DNA of 64,000 bases from assembly GCF_963921235.1 (NCBI RefSeq), contig NC_086097.1, positions 133,116,001-133,180,000 on the forward strand. Direction: 5' to 3'. Shown piece by piece: positions 52,986 through 64,000 of the stretch. The notes beneath the pieces are model-generated. The model ran no database searches. It was not told the DNA's origin and saw only the letters and a list, made by a program, of their open reading frames with translations. Origin of the DNA: Mobula hypostoma (taxonomy: Eukaryota). How positions within the stretch are numbered: the stretch's first letter is position 1; each line of letters opens with the position of its first letter. The position numbers were made by a program, and so were the translations under genes.

Positions 52986-55639
52986 TCTTCGACAATGAAA
53001 GGAAATTTGCTGGGTTAGATCTATCGTATAGATGTAGGTTGTCAGTCACTTTGTGAGTGGTGTACATCGGCTGCAGGGAGCACCATTCAAAATGTCCTGC
53101 ACTTAGTTGCGCCAGCCACTCCAGCACCCAAATAAATGAAGAGGAACTCGACTGTAATACAATCCTTAGTTTCTTATTGCATTTGTACCTGTACGTTTTT
53201 GTTTATGCTACCCCACATTCTACCCTATCATAGTCCTCCCCTTTGGTTCATTCATCTACTTCTTCTCCTCTTTCCCCCCCCCCCCCCCCCAGGGACTGAG
53301 TACTGCAGAATAGAAACTGGCCCTTTGGGCCATCTAGTCCATTTTGAACTATTATTTGCACCTGAAGCATGGCTCTCCATGCTCCTCCCAAACACATACT
53401 TATCTAACCATCTTTAGAATGTTGTTAGCAAACCCACATCCACACTTCCACTGCTTGTTCCACACGCCCACCCTCTGGGTGAAGAAGTTACCCCACGTGT
53501 TCCCCTTAAATATTCCACCTTTTACCTTTAACCTATGAACTCAAGTTTGTCTCACTCAGCCTCAGAGGGTAAATGCAACAGGCTTTTTTCCAATCTGTAC
53601 CCCTCATGACTTTGTGTACCTGTATGAACCAGCCTCCCATGTGGAACCTAGTCAAAGGCCTTGATAAAGTCCATGTAGTCAATGTCCACTGCCTTTCATT
53701 CATCAGCTTTCCTGGTAACCTTCCCGAAAAACTATAAGATTGGCTGGAACTGACCTTCCATGCCCAAAGCCATAGTTAACTACTCTTAAACAGACCCGGT
53801 CTATCCAATACTTTAAATATCCTATCACATAGAATACTCCCTTTCAGGGCTGCTTACTCATTTTAACTCTCAACTTTTCCCTTGATCTGTCTAATGAAAG
53901 GTAATCAGCTTGAAAAATCTTCTCCATAAACACTGCCTATCCTGTTGAAGATTTCCAACACTCTTTTAAACCATCATGAAAGGATGCAAAAGAGGCCTGG
54001 TGTGAGCTATAATGAGCGGTTGGATAAACTTGTATTTTTTCCTGAGTGCCTTAAGCTCAAGGGAGACCTGATAGAGGTTTATAAAAATTATACGAGACAT
54101 AACCTTTTTCCAAGGATAGAAACATCAAATACTAGAGGACATGCACTTAAGGTGAGGGGAAAGGGGAAGCTTAAGGGAGATGTGCGGGACAAGCTTTATT
54201 TAAACATGCCAGGTACCTGGAATGGGCTGCCAGAGTTGGTGCTGGAAGCAGATGTGGTAGCAGCATTGAATAAGTTTTCAGGTAGGCTTACGAGTATGGA
54301 AGGATATGGATCATAGGCAGGCAGACTAGATTTGACTTGGTTTAGTATTGTGTTCAGCATGAATATTATGGGTTGACCTATCAGTATCGCTGACATCTTA
54401 ATATCACTGACATGTGTCATGGAATTTGATTTGCAACAGCAGTATAGTGCAATACAGAATTATTATGAATTTCAATGAGAAATGTAAACAAATTTAAATA
54501 ATTAATGCAAAGAGCGAAAATACTGAGGTAGTGTTCATGGGTTGTTCATTGTCTGTTGAGAAATCTGATGGCAAATGGGTAGAAACTTTTCCTAAAATGA
54601 GTGTTCAGGTTCCTGTTCCTGTGCTGTTCTATGTCCTATTTTGCTTTTGCGAAACAATGTCAGTGTCAAAGGCATATAATATAGAATCAGGCCCTTCAGT
54701 TAACTATGTACATTCTAACTACTAAGTGCCCATCAATGATGATTTATTTAACAGCCTTTTTTTGCTTGGGCAATTCAAGTGTCTTGTTAATAAATTATCC
54801 ACACTCATTTCCCAACCTCCTTCAAATCAGCTAACAGCAAGGCAAGAACCTGGCAGCCTTCAGCTTATCTTCCTGGGTACTTTGTGTGGCAGTAGAGTGG
54901 AACTTGAAGTCCTAGAGTGAATGATTGCTTCTGCACAGTGTTTTCATTTCAAATTACTTGTTAATGCAGTGGGTGGCAGTCTTTTCCAGCATTTCTAGTT
55001 TTTTGAGTTGGCTAACTGTGTATGTTTTTCTTCAACTCTCTAAAGTGACTGCACTCACAACAAAGTGGCAATGAGGGGCTTGTAAAGAAGGAGATGGAAT
55101 TTGCAGCATACAGGAAATCAGTGAGATATAGTTTTGTTTTGAAAAGAATTTAAAGTAGCACTTTATTTTACAAATAGAAATTTCACACCTTACTAGATTT
55201 ATGAATATAAGCAATAAAGGGTTTACTTCATATAATTTGTCATATATTTCAGCAGATCAGATAATGAAAAATGTTCCTACAAATATTAGAATGTTAGGAA
55301 TAAATTTCATAGCTTGTGTTTGTTCAAAGGCTTTCCACTCTTGATATTGCAGACAGACTTCTTAAAAAGCAAGTTTGAAAGATTATAATTTAAATTTATT
55401 ATTTTAAAAATTGCACTTTCAATGATTAACCATTTCTTGTTGAGATGTAATGTCTTGTAATTTCATTATTAGTACAAAATAAAGTCATTTTTAAATTTGC
55501 ACTAACCAGGTCTCATTCAAAATTCTACTCGTATCAGGACAAAAAATCTGAATTGCAAACTTCAAATTAAGAATATAATTTGGATCAGATATTAAGCTGA
55601 AGAGCCCTTCTGCACCCTGTTCAGCTTTCTTTAGCCATT

Positions 55640-57600
55640 GCTTTCAAGGTCAGGCTTGTCATCTGACTGTACATATATACAACCGAATGAGGCAACGTTA
55701 CTGCAGACCACAATACACCTACAAAACATGTATCACACATAGCACATAGAACAAAATATTACCATAACTAGGTTAATAAAATATATGTGGTGCACAGCAC
55801 AGGTAAACAACTGACTGTATTATAATGAGACATCAGTGGTGGCAAGGCGTTCTTAGTCTGAACCTGAGGGAAGGAGCTGTTACCCAGTCTGGCAGTCTTA
55901 GTCCTGATACGCCTGTTCCTCTTTCCTGACAGTAGTGGGTCAAAGAGATTGTGGGATGAGTGGTAGGGATCCTTCGACTACAACGCTCCCAATATGTATC
56001 ATAAATAGGGGGAGGAATACACTAGTGTACTTCTTGCCAGTTTTTACTATCCTCCGTAAGGTCTTGTGGCCTGACGAGTTGCAGCTTCCGTACCAGACAG
56101 TGATGCAGCAGACAGGACACATTTGATGCTTCTGTAGAACGTTGTTAGAATGGACATGGGGGAGTCTTGCAGGCTTCAGTATCCTCAAAATGTAAATGCT
56201 CCGCCCTCTTGACTAATGAGGTGGCATTATGGGTCCAGGTTAGGTCATCCGTTTAAAGGTCAAAGTAAATTTATTATCAAAATGTATAGGTGTCACCATA
56301 TAGAATTCTGAGATTTATTTTCTTGCAGGCATACTTAGTAAATCCAAAAACCACAATAGAATCAATGAAAGACTGCACCAACAAGGCAGACAAACAACCA
56401 ATATGCGAAAGACAAAAAAATCTGCAAATACAAAGGGGAAAATACTAACAATAATAAAAAAATAAGCAATAAATAGTGAGAACATGAGATGAGTCCTTGA
56501 AGGTAGGTTATTAGATCAGTTCTGCGATGGGGCGAGTAAAGATAATCCCCTTTGATTCAAGAGCCTGATGGCTGAGGGGTGATAACTTTTCCTGAACCTG
56601 GTGATGTGACTCCTGATGTTGCTGTGTAGTCTTCCTGATGGCGGCAGTGAGAAGACAGCATGGGTCCCTAATGATGGATGCTGCTATCCTGTGACAGCGC
56701 TCTATGTACATATGCTCAATGGTGGGGAGGGCTTTACCTGTGATGGACTGGGCCGTATCCACTACTTTTTGTAGGATTTTCCATTCAAAGGCATTGGTTC
56801 ATCAGTCAATATTGGTGCATCAGGCTGTGGTGCAGCCAGGCAATATACCCTCCACCGCTCAACTTGTCAAAATTTTAGATATCGTGCTGAATCTTTGGAA
56901 ACTCCTAAGGAAGTAGGGGTGTTGTTGTGCTTTTTCAGAATGGCACTTTTGTGCTGAACCCAGGACAGATCCTCTGATACGATAACACTGAGGAATTTAA
57001 AATTGCTGACCCGCTCCGCTTCTGGTCCCCTGATGAGGACTGGCTCATGGACCTCCAGTTTCCTCCTACTGAAGTCAATAATCAATAACAGTGTGTACAC
57101 CAAAGATCTTTGTACTCTTCACCCTCCACGGCAGAGCCATTGATGTGCGCCGGAGAGTGGACGACCTGCACCTTCCTGAAGTTCGCAATCACCTCTTTTG
57201 ACCTGTTTATGTTGAAACTCGGGTTGCTGTTCTCACAACATTTGACAAGCCTCTCTGTCTCCTCTCTGTATGCCGGCTTGTCGTCGTTGCCGAGGCCATC
57301 CAGTGCATCAACAGCAAACCTGAGGTTTGAGCTGGACCCATGAGGCAACAGTGTGAAAGGCTGCAGGCTGAGTATACAGCCCTGGGGTCACCGCTGCTCA
57401 GCATGATGGAGCTTGAGATGTTGCTGCAACTCGGACTGATTTGGGTGCTTTCATCAGGAAGCCCATAATCTAGTTACAGAGAGGCGTGTTGGGTCTCAAC
57501 GAGGATAATTTGCCCACCAGCCTCTGAGGGGCGTATTAAATGCTGAGCTGAAGTAGAACAAGATCCTGACGTACAAGGCATTGTTTTCTGTGTGGGACAG
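55640..57600 (-). mobile_element. Cluster of three Rex1/Babar-like fragments
   Basis: CITVWYGSC..LRRIVKT; DTAQSITGKALPTIE; ERVSNFKFLSVIVSEDLSW; AYREETERLVKCCENSN. Confidence 0.8.
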
Positions 57601-58569
57601 AACAGAATGGATCATCAGTGGGTGAGTTTAAGTGGTAGCAAACTGGAAAGGATGATTCCTAAGCAGCGTATGAACCTTTGCAGTGAGCAATGATTTGCCC
57701 TGGCAGTGTAGTGTTCAATCATAGTAACATCATCAGTGCATTTTCTTATGTCGCCTGTCACCAATCCCACATATTCATCAATATTGATGTGATGATCAGC
57801 CCCTCTCGCCAGGTCCTGGAAACTGATTTGACTTGTTTAACCAGTGGTCTGTATGCAGGGATTAGCAAAATGGATATGTGGTCCATAAGGAATACTTCCT
57901 GTTCCTCTCCCCTCTATCATCAGATTTAAATCCAGAAGCTTCCTACCCAAGAGTGCTGTGGGAGCACCATTATCATGGGGAATTTGGATGTCCCTAATCC
58001 CATCTTGTATTGGCAGTATTTCTGGATTATCGAGAAGTATTGCCAACTTCCCAGTCAATGCCCAGTTCCTAGGATTGCCTGGAAATTGGTCATTCACCTC
58101 CAGAATAGCAAAACTTGAAAAATCAGACAGTATTTGTCTCCCAGCTTACCACTGAAAGTAGATCATCTTAACATTACAGGCCATCCCCAAGTTAAGAAAA
58201 CTTCACTTATGGACATCACAAATGAAAACCCATAATATTAAATTAAAGCAGAAAGAGTTTTCTCTTTTAGTAAGTCTTTTTATCTGTATTGTGTGCTTTT
58301 GATGGCATTCGTTACAATACTGTGGAAGTATGGTTACCACATTACGTGATTTTTGTATGTCTTCTGACTCATGGATATAATCGTCTGTAAAAACAAGCTA
58401 TTTGTTACAGAATAGCTGGTGTTGTATCTGATGGTTTTTTTTCTGCATTGCAGTCTTTAAAATATTTTAAAAGCAATAAAACACTTTATAATGTCCTTAA
58501 AACAAGAAAGTTGCTGGAGAAGTATAAACCTTTTGCATATTGATTTGGCACAGTGTCATGGAGGCATAG

Positions 58570-59090
58570 TTATACAGTATGGAAATTAACCCTTCGACCC
58601 AACTGTTTCACGCCAACCAGCATGCTCCTTTTAGGCTAGTCCCCTTTGCCACCATAACCTTCTAAACCTTTCCAATCCATGAACCAGTCCAACTAATATT
58701 TAGAAGTAGTTATTGTACATGCCTATACCATTTCTTCTGGTAGCCCATTCCATATACGTTTGTACATACCACCTAAAATGTTAGGAGATAGAACAATACA
58801 ATGTAGTATAGGTCCTTTGACCCATACATCCAAGTTTCCCTGGATCCCATGCCTCCTGACTGTCTGAATGAACCTACCATAGGGAACTTTGTCAAATAGC
58901 TTAATAAAATCCATTACATATCATCCACTGCTCAACCTTCATCAATGTGTTTTGTCACTTCCCCAAAGAACTCATTCAGGATGATGAGGCATGACCTGCC
59001 CCTCACAAAGCCATGCTGATGATCCCTAATCAGACTATGCTTCCCTGCAAAAGCCTGTAAATCATTTCTCTAATTCTCTAATAATTTGCA
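58570..59090 (-). mobile_element. Fragmented CR1 pieces
   Basis: [22 protein letters not shown] plus a CR1 3' end. Confidence 0.7.
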
Positions 59091-59727
59091 GCGGCGACGC
59101 CGGTGGTGATGTCTGTTATTTGTCAAGTAGGGTGCCGTGCACAATCCTGATTTGATGGAGACGGACGTGAGAGCATGGAGGAACATCTGGTGAAACTTCT
59201 GAAATGCCTGCTTCGTTGCTGCTGCTACTGTGTGATCCAGAATCTCCGGAGGGGAAGGCCCCGAGTCCTCGGCTTTGCTTGTTGCTCTGCGGCCGGGATG
59301 GGCTCAAAGCGCTCGGCAGAGGATGGTGTTCGGAGAGGCTGTGTCAGAGGGCTGGTCGGAAGCTCGAAGTTTTTGGACGGACACAGAGTCCACTGTGGTC
59401 GAGTGCTTCCAATGGTGCTGCATCAGCAAGTTTGCAGCGCTTGGAGGTTCATGGCAGGGAGAGTTTCTCCCTTCTACCGTCTGCGTGAGATGATGAGGCT
59501 ATCGGGACTTTGAGATTTTTTTTACCGTGCCCATGGTCTGCTCTTTATCAAATTACAGTATTGCTTTGCACTGTTGTAACTATATGTTATAATTATGTGG
59601 TTTTGTCAGTTTTAGTCTTGGTTTGTCCTGTGTTTCTTGTGATATCATTCTGGAGGAACATTGTATCATTTTTTAATGCATGCATATCTAAATGACAATA
59701 AACGAGTGCCCTCATAATCTAATCTAA
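59090..59727 (+). mobile_element. Young CpG-rich SINE-like non-autonomous retroelement with (AATCT)n tail
   Basis: High CpG content versus flanks; 3' end gacaataaac..taatctaatctaa resembles Rex-type tails; sits between CR1 remnants. Confidence 0.55.
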
Positions 59728-59729
59728 GT

Positions 59730-60140
59730 ATCCTCTGAGAGGCTCTTTCATGTCCACAAAATCTCATATCTGTTCCCCTAAATATTGTGACCTCTGTCAC
59801 TACTGTTCTGCTTTTGTTTCCTCCCTTCTGAGCCACAGAGCCAGACACCTGGTTGCTTCAGCTTCCCCAGGTAGGTCATCATCCCCTCCCGCACCCACCC
59901 CCCCATAGTATCCAAAGTGGAATACCTCTTACTGAGGGGAACATCCATAGGGTTAGCCTGCACAATCTGCCTCTTCCCTTTCCCTCTCCTGACAGTCATC
60001 CAGTCACCTGCCTCCTGCAGCATGAGTGTGATTACCTTCCTGTTGTTCCAACCTCCTATCCCTAAGCTCCATTCAGCTCCAGTTTCATAATATAGTCTGT
60101 AAAGAGCTGAACGGAGATACACTCCTCACGGGTTTCCCAG
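59730..60140 (-). mobile_element. CR1 ORF1 remnant (region leading into the esterase-like domain)
   Basis: DWMTVRRGKGKRQ..VPLSKRYSTLDTMGG and RTVVTEVTIFRGTDMRFCG resemble the CR1 ORF1 segment around the GDS esterase motif. Confidence 0.7.
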
Positions 60141-60154
60141 TGTTCACACATCTT

Positions 60155-61300
60155 GACAAGGTACCCCGTGCAAGGCTAGTTGAGAAAGTAAGGAGGCATG
60201 GGATCCAAGGGGACATTGCTTTGTGGATCCAGAACTGGCTTGCCCACAGAAGGCAAAGAGTGGTCGTAGACGGGTCATATTCTGTATGGAGGTTGGTGAC
60301 CAGTGGTGTGCCTCAGGGATCTGTTCTGGGACCCCGTCTCTTCAAGATTTTTATAAATGATCTGAATGAGGAAGTGGAGGGACGGGTTAGTAAATTTGCT
60401 GATGACACAGGTTGCGGGTGTTGTGGATAGTGTGGAGGGCTGTCAAGGGTTACGGCGGGACATTAATAGGATGCAAAACTGTGCTGAGAAGTGGCAGATG
60501 GAGTTCACCCCAGATAAGTGTGAAGTGGTTCATTTTGGTAGGTCAGGTATGATGGCAGAATATAGTATTAATGGTAAGACTCTTGGCAGTGTGGAGTATC
60601 AGAGGGATCTTGGGGTCCGAGTCCATAGGACACTCAAAGCTACTGCACAGGTTGACTCTATGGTTAAGAAATCATATGGTGCCTTGGCCTTCATCAATAG
60701 TGGGATCAAATTTAGGAGCTGAGAGGTAATGTTGCAGCTATATAGGACCCTGGTCAGACCCCACTTGGATTACTGTGCTCAGTTCTGGTCGCCTCACTCC
60801 AAGAAGGATGTGGAAACCACAGAAAGGGTGTAGAGGAGATTTACAAGGATGTTGCCTGGATTAGGGAGCATGCCTTATGAGAATAGGTTGAGTGATCTTG
60901 GCCTTTTCTCCTTGGAGTGACAGAGGAAGAGAGGTGACCTGATAGAGGTGTGTAAGATGATGAGAGGCATTGATGATGTGGATAGTCGGAGGCTTTTTCC
61001 CCAGGGCTAACATGGCTAGCACAAGAAGGCACAGTTTTAAGGTGCTTGGAAGTAGGTACAGAGGAGACATCAGGGGCAAGTTTTTTACACAGAGTGGTGA
61101 GTGCGTGGAATAGGCTGCCGGCGACTGTGGTGGAGGCGGATACAATAGGGTCTTTTAAGAGACTCCTGGATAGGTACATGGAGCTTAGAAAAATAGAGGG
61201 CTGTGGGTAACCCGAGGTAATTTCTAAAGTAAGTACATGATCAACAGAGCATTGTGGGCTGAAGGGCCTCTATTGTGCTGTAGGTTTTCTATGTTTCTAT
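60155..61300 (+). mobile_element. CR1 3' portion (RT C-terminus and tail), same subfamily as 33464-34095
   Basis: [42 protein letters not shown]; tail ttctatgtttctat. Confidence 0.92.
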
Positions 61301-62424
61301 CTTGCAAGAGGCACACCTCTGACCTGGGATCTATTCTCACTGCTCTAGCTAGGCACTAGTAGAGAAAGAAAGAAAAACCTCATCCTATCCTCTGACTCAC
61401 CTAGCCAAAGCCTTCTGAGCCAAAACCTCATTTCCCCACTCTAACTCTCTCCCTTGACACTGTGGTTATATCTTCAATTGCCCTTGCCACTGCCTAATAA
61501 CTCAAGCGATCTGAAGCTCGATAGAAAGTCCCAACAGGCCCCACTCGCTTTTAAGTTCTGGCCTCTAAACTCAAGTAAATGTTGCTCCTCAAGTTTCTCT
61601 TAAAACTGTCCCCTCTCACCTTAAACAATGCTCTTTAGGATTTTCTTCAACTCTGAAGTTGTTACTCTTCAACCATCAGGTTCCTGAACCAACATGTATA
61701 ACTTCACTCACCTCGACACTGAACTGATCACGGAACACAGCCTATATCCTTACTTTCAAGGAACCTCCAATTCATGTCCTCAACATCATGTATTTATTTA
61801 TTATTTGTATTTCCAGTTTGTCTTTTGTACATTAATTGCTTGTCAGTCTTTGTGTCTAGCTTGTCATTAATTCTATTGTATTTTTTTTGACTGTGAATGC
61901 CTGCAAGAAAATGAATCTCAGTGTAGTATATAGTGACATGTACATACTTTGATAATAAATTTACTTTGACCTTTGGAAAAAACTGCCTTCAGCTTGTATG
62001 TGCCTCCAGCGGTGGTATCGATAATGATTTGGCAGGTAGCTTGACTTATTTTCCAAGTTAATGCAATAAACTGCAGAGTTGTTGACTCAGCACAGCACAT
62101 TACAGAAACCAGCCTCCCCTCCATGGATTCCACCAGTTACGTTTGTAAAGCTGCCAGCATAATCAAAACCCCACCCAGTCCGGGGAATCTGTCTCCTTCC
62201 TCCCCCTTCCCCAGGGGCAGAAAATGCAAAAGCCTGAAAGCCCATATCACCAGGCTCAAGAACAGCTCCTGTCCCACTGATAAGAGTTTATCAAATGTCC
62301 CCTATTATGATGAGGATGGGATGTTAACCTCACCATTATATGGCCTTGCACCTTACTGTCTGTCAGCACTGCACTCTGTAACAGTAGCACTTCATTCTGC
62401 ATTCTTTTACTATTTTACCTAGTA

Positions 62425-62900
62425 CTTTACAAGGATGTTGCCTGGATTGGAGGGCGTATCTTATGAGAATAGGTTGAGTGTACTTGGCCTTATCTCCTTG
62501 GAGCGATGGAGGATGAGATGTGACCTGATAGAGGTGTATATGATGATGAGAGACAATGATTATGTGGATAGCCAGGGGCTTTTTCCCAGGGCTGAAATGG
62601 CTAACGCGGGGGGGTGGGGGGGGTGGGACACATAGTTTTAAGGTGCTTGAAAATGGGTATGGAGGGGATGTCAAAGGTAAGTTTTTCAGAGTGGTGGGTG
62701 CGTGGAATGCACTGCTGGCAACGGTGGTGGAAGCAGATACAATAGGGTCCTTTAAGAGCCTCTTGGAGAGGTACATGGAGCTTAGAAAAATACAGGGCTA
62801 TATGTTAGGGAAATTCTAGGCAGTCTCTAGAGTCGGTTACGTAGTCGGCACAACATTGTGGGCCGAAGGGCCTGTAATGTGCTGTAAATTTCTGTTCTAT
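62425..62900 (+). mobile_element. CR1 3' fragment
   Basis: MLPGLEGVSYENRL..DLIEVY..VVGAWNALLATVVEADTIGSFKSLLERYM. Confidence 0.85.
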
Positions 62901-63356
62901 ATTTACCACCTCAATGCACTGTTATAATGAATTGTACTGTATGAACAGTGTGCAAAACAAGTTTTTACTGTACTTTAGTGCGTGAAAGTAATAGACCGAT
63001 ATGCTAATTATTTCTAGCAATTTAATAAGGCTGTATAAGATACAGTCAACAATGCTCGTAATCAAAGTTGCAGCAGTGCTCCTGATTAAAGCCGGGAAAT
63101 TCAGCAGCATGCAGTGACTGGATGATTAAATGATGTATATGAAAATCAGCACAGTCACTTACGGTCTCTAGCTATAATCTGAAAATGGGATTAGGCTTGA
63201 AGCTTATTGGATGCAAGAATAGTAGTTTGATTATATGTAGACCTTTTTTTATTTAAGCGCAGGTAACACTTTCTCATTACAGTGGAACCCGCAACATTGT
63301 CTTGAAAGGTTCTTAACTTGGGTTTTGCTTCTTAAAATTATTATCTTATATTTCAG

Positions 63357-63426
63357 TCTGGTGCATCCACAAAAGCTAAAGGTCAGGCCATGAAGACGGA
63401 CCAATCAGAGGACAACGAAGTGTTCG
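63357..63426 (+). CDS. MBP: Golli-MBP Golli exon 3, SGASTKAKGQAMKTDQSEDNEVF-G (70 nt, phase 0 to phase 1)
   Basis: Acceptor ttatcttatatttcag, donor G|gtatgt at 63427. Ends in SEDNEVFG, identical to the end of the mammalian Golli domain, with the same phase-1 boundary inside the Gly codon. Confidence 0.92.
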
Positions 63427-64000
63427 GTATGTTCAAAACTCAATTGGGTAAAACCCTCCAGCAAATTAATTCCTAGCCTATTTATCATTATAGTGCAAAA
63501 ACAAGGCTATTTGCCTCCTTGTGCCTACAGTAAATCATTGATATGAATGAATTTGGAATAAATATGTTTTGTTCTATCCACTTTTAAGTCATAGGGATGC
63601 TGCTGGTTCCTACCCACAAATGGTGTTGGCCAGGCTTGAGTATAGAATAGGATTCAGCTAGAGTTGGATGCAAATCTCCTGGGCACATAACAAAGAACAT
63701 TGTGTACTTTTTTAAAAAATTTAACAAAAGATTATACTTATTTTGAAATATTGTTAACTTAAGGAAAATATTTCATTGGGCAAATCTAATGGTTTAATAT
63801 CTAAAAGAGCATCCCATGAGAACTGGCAGCCTTTCCACAACAGTCGCTTTTCTTGAGGAACTTGTCCATTTTCACATCTTCCAATTTCAGTCAGGGAGCA
63901 ATTTCTGCCTGTGTGTAAAATGGAGAACTAAAATCTTGAACCATTTCCTGTGCCATTTGTTAATTAGTCATTTGATGTCATGGGAAGATGTTCCAAATCA

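Larger units (their letters stand above)
38065..63356 (+). other. MBP: Golli-MBP intron 2 (25,292 bp, GT-AG)
   Basis: Defined by the two exons above; an additional small exon inside cannot be excluded by eye. Confidence 0.75.

Noticed and set aside
1..64000. The many 60-190 aa ORFs as host genes
   Set aside because: They are TE fragments, antisense shadows of TE ORFs, or low-complexity chance ORFs without splice or homology support.

Overview
Vertebrate genomic DNA, very repeat-rich. The repeat set (CR1, Rex1/Babar, Penelope-like, V-SINE, Deu-SINE, hAT and Tc1 fragments) suggests a cartilaginous fish, probably a ray; this is an inference. No ORF in the supplied track is a host gene. The host gene appears as two tiny + strand exons below the track's length cutoff: 37999/38011-38064 (MGNQTGKHEQLQPTSGEK) and 63357-63426 (SGASTKAKGQAMKTDQSEDNEVF-G). 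They splice in frame and match Golli exons 2 and 3 of the Golli-MBP (myelin basic protein) locus. The window is therefore mostly the long 5' introns of MBP; the classic MBP exons should lie downstream. Most notable non-coding signal: a dispersed Penelope-derived terminal repeat whose consensus reads as a minimal type I hammerhead ribozyme (CUGAUGA-stem II-GAAAC-GUC) and recurs as fold-back pairs. Also present: two local inverted duplications in intron 2, two hAT elements with TIRs and 8-bp TSDs that share a captured segment, and several nested insertions. Repeat family names are by motif recognition, and repeat boundaries are approximate unless TIRs/TSDs are given.
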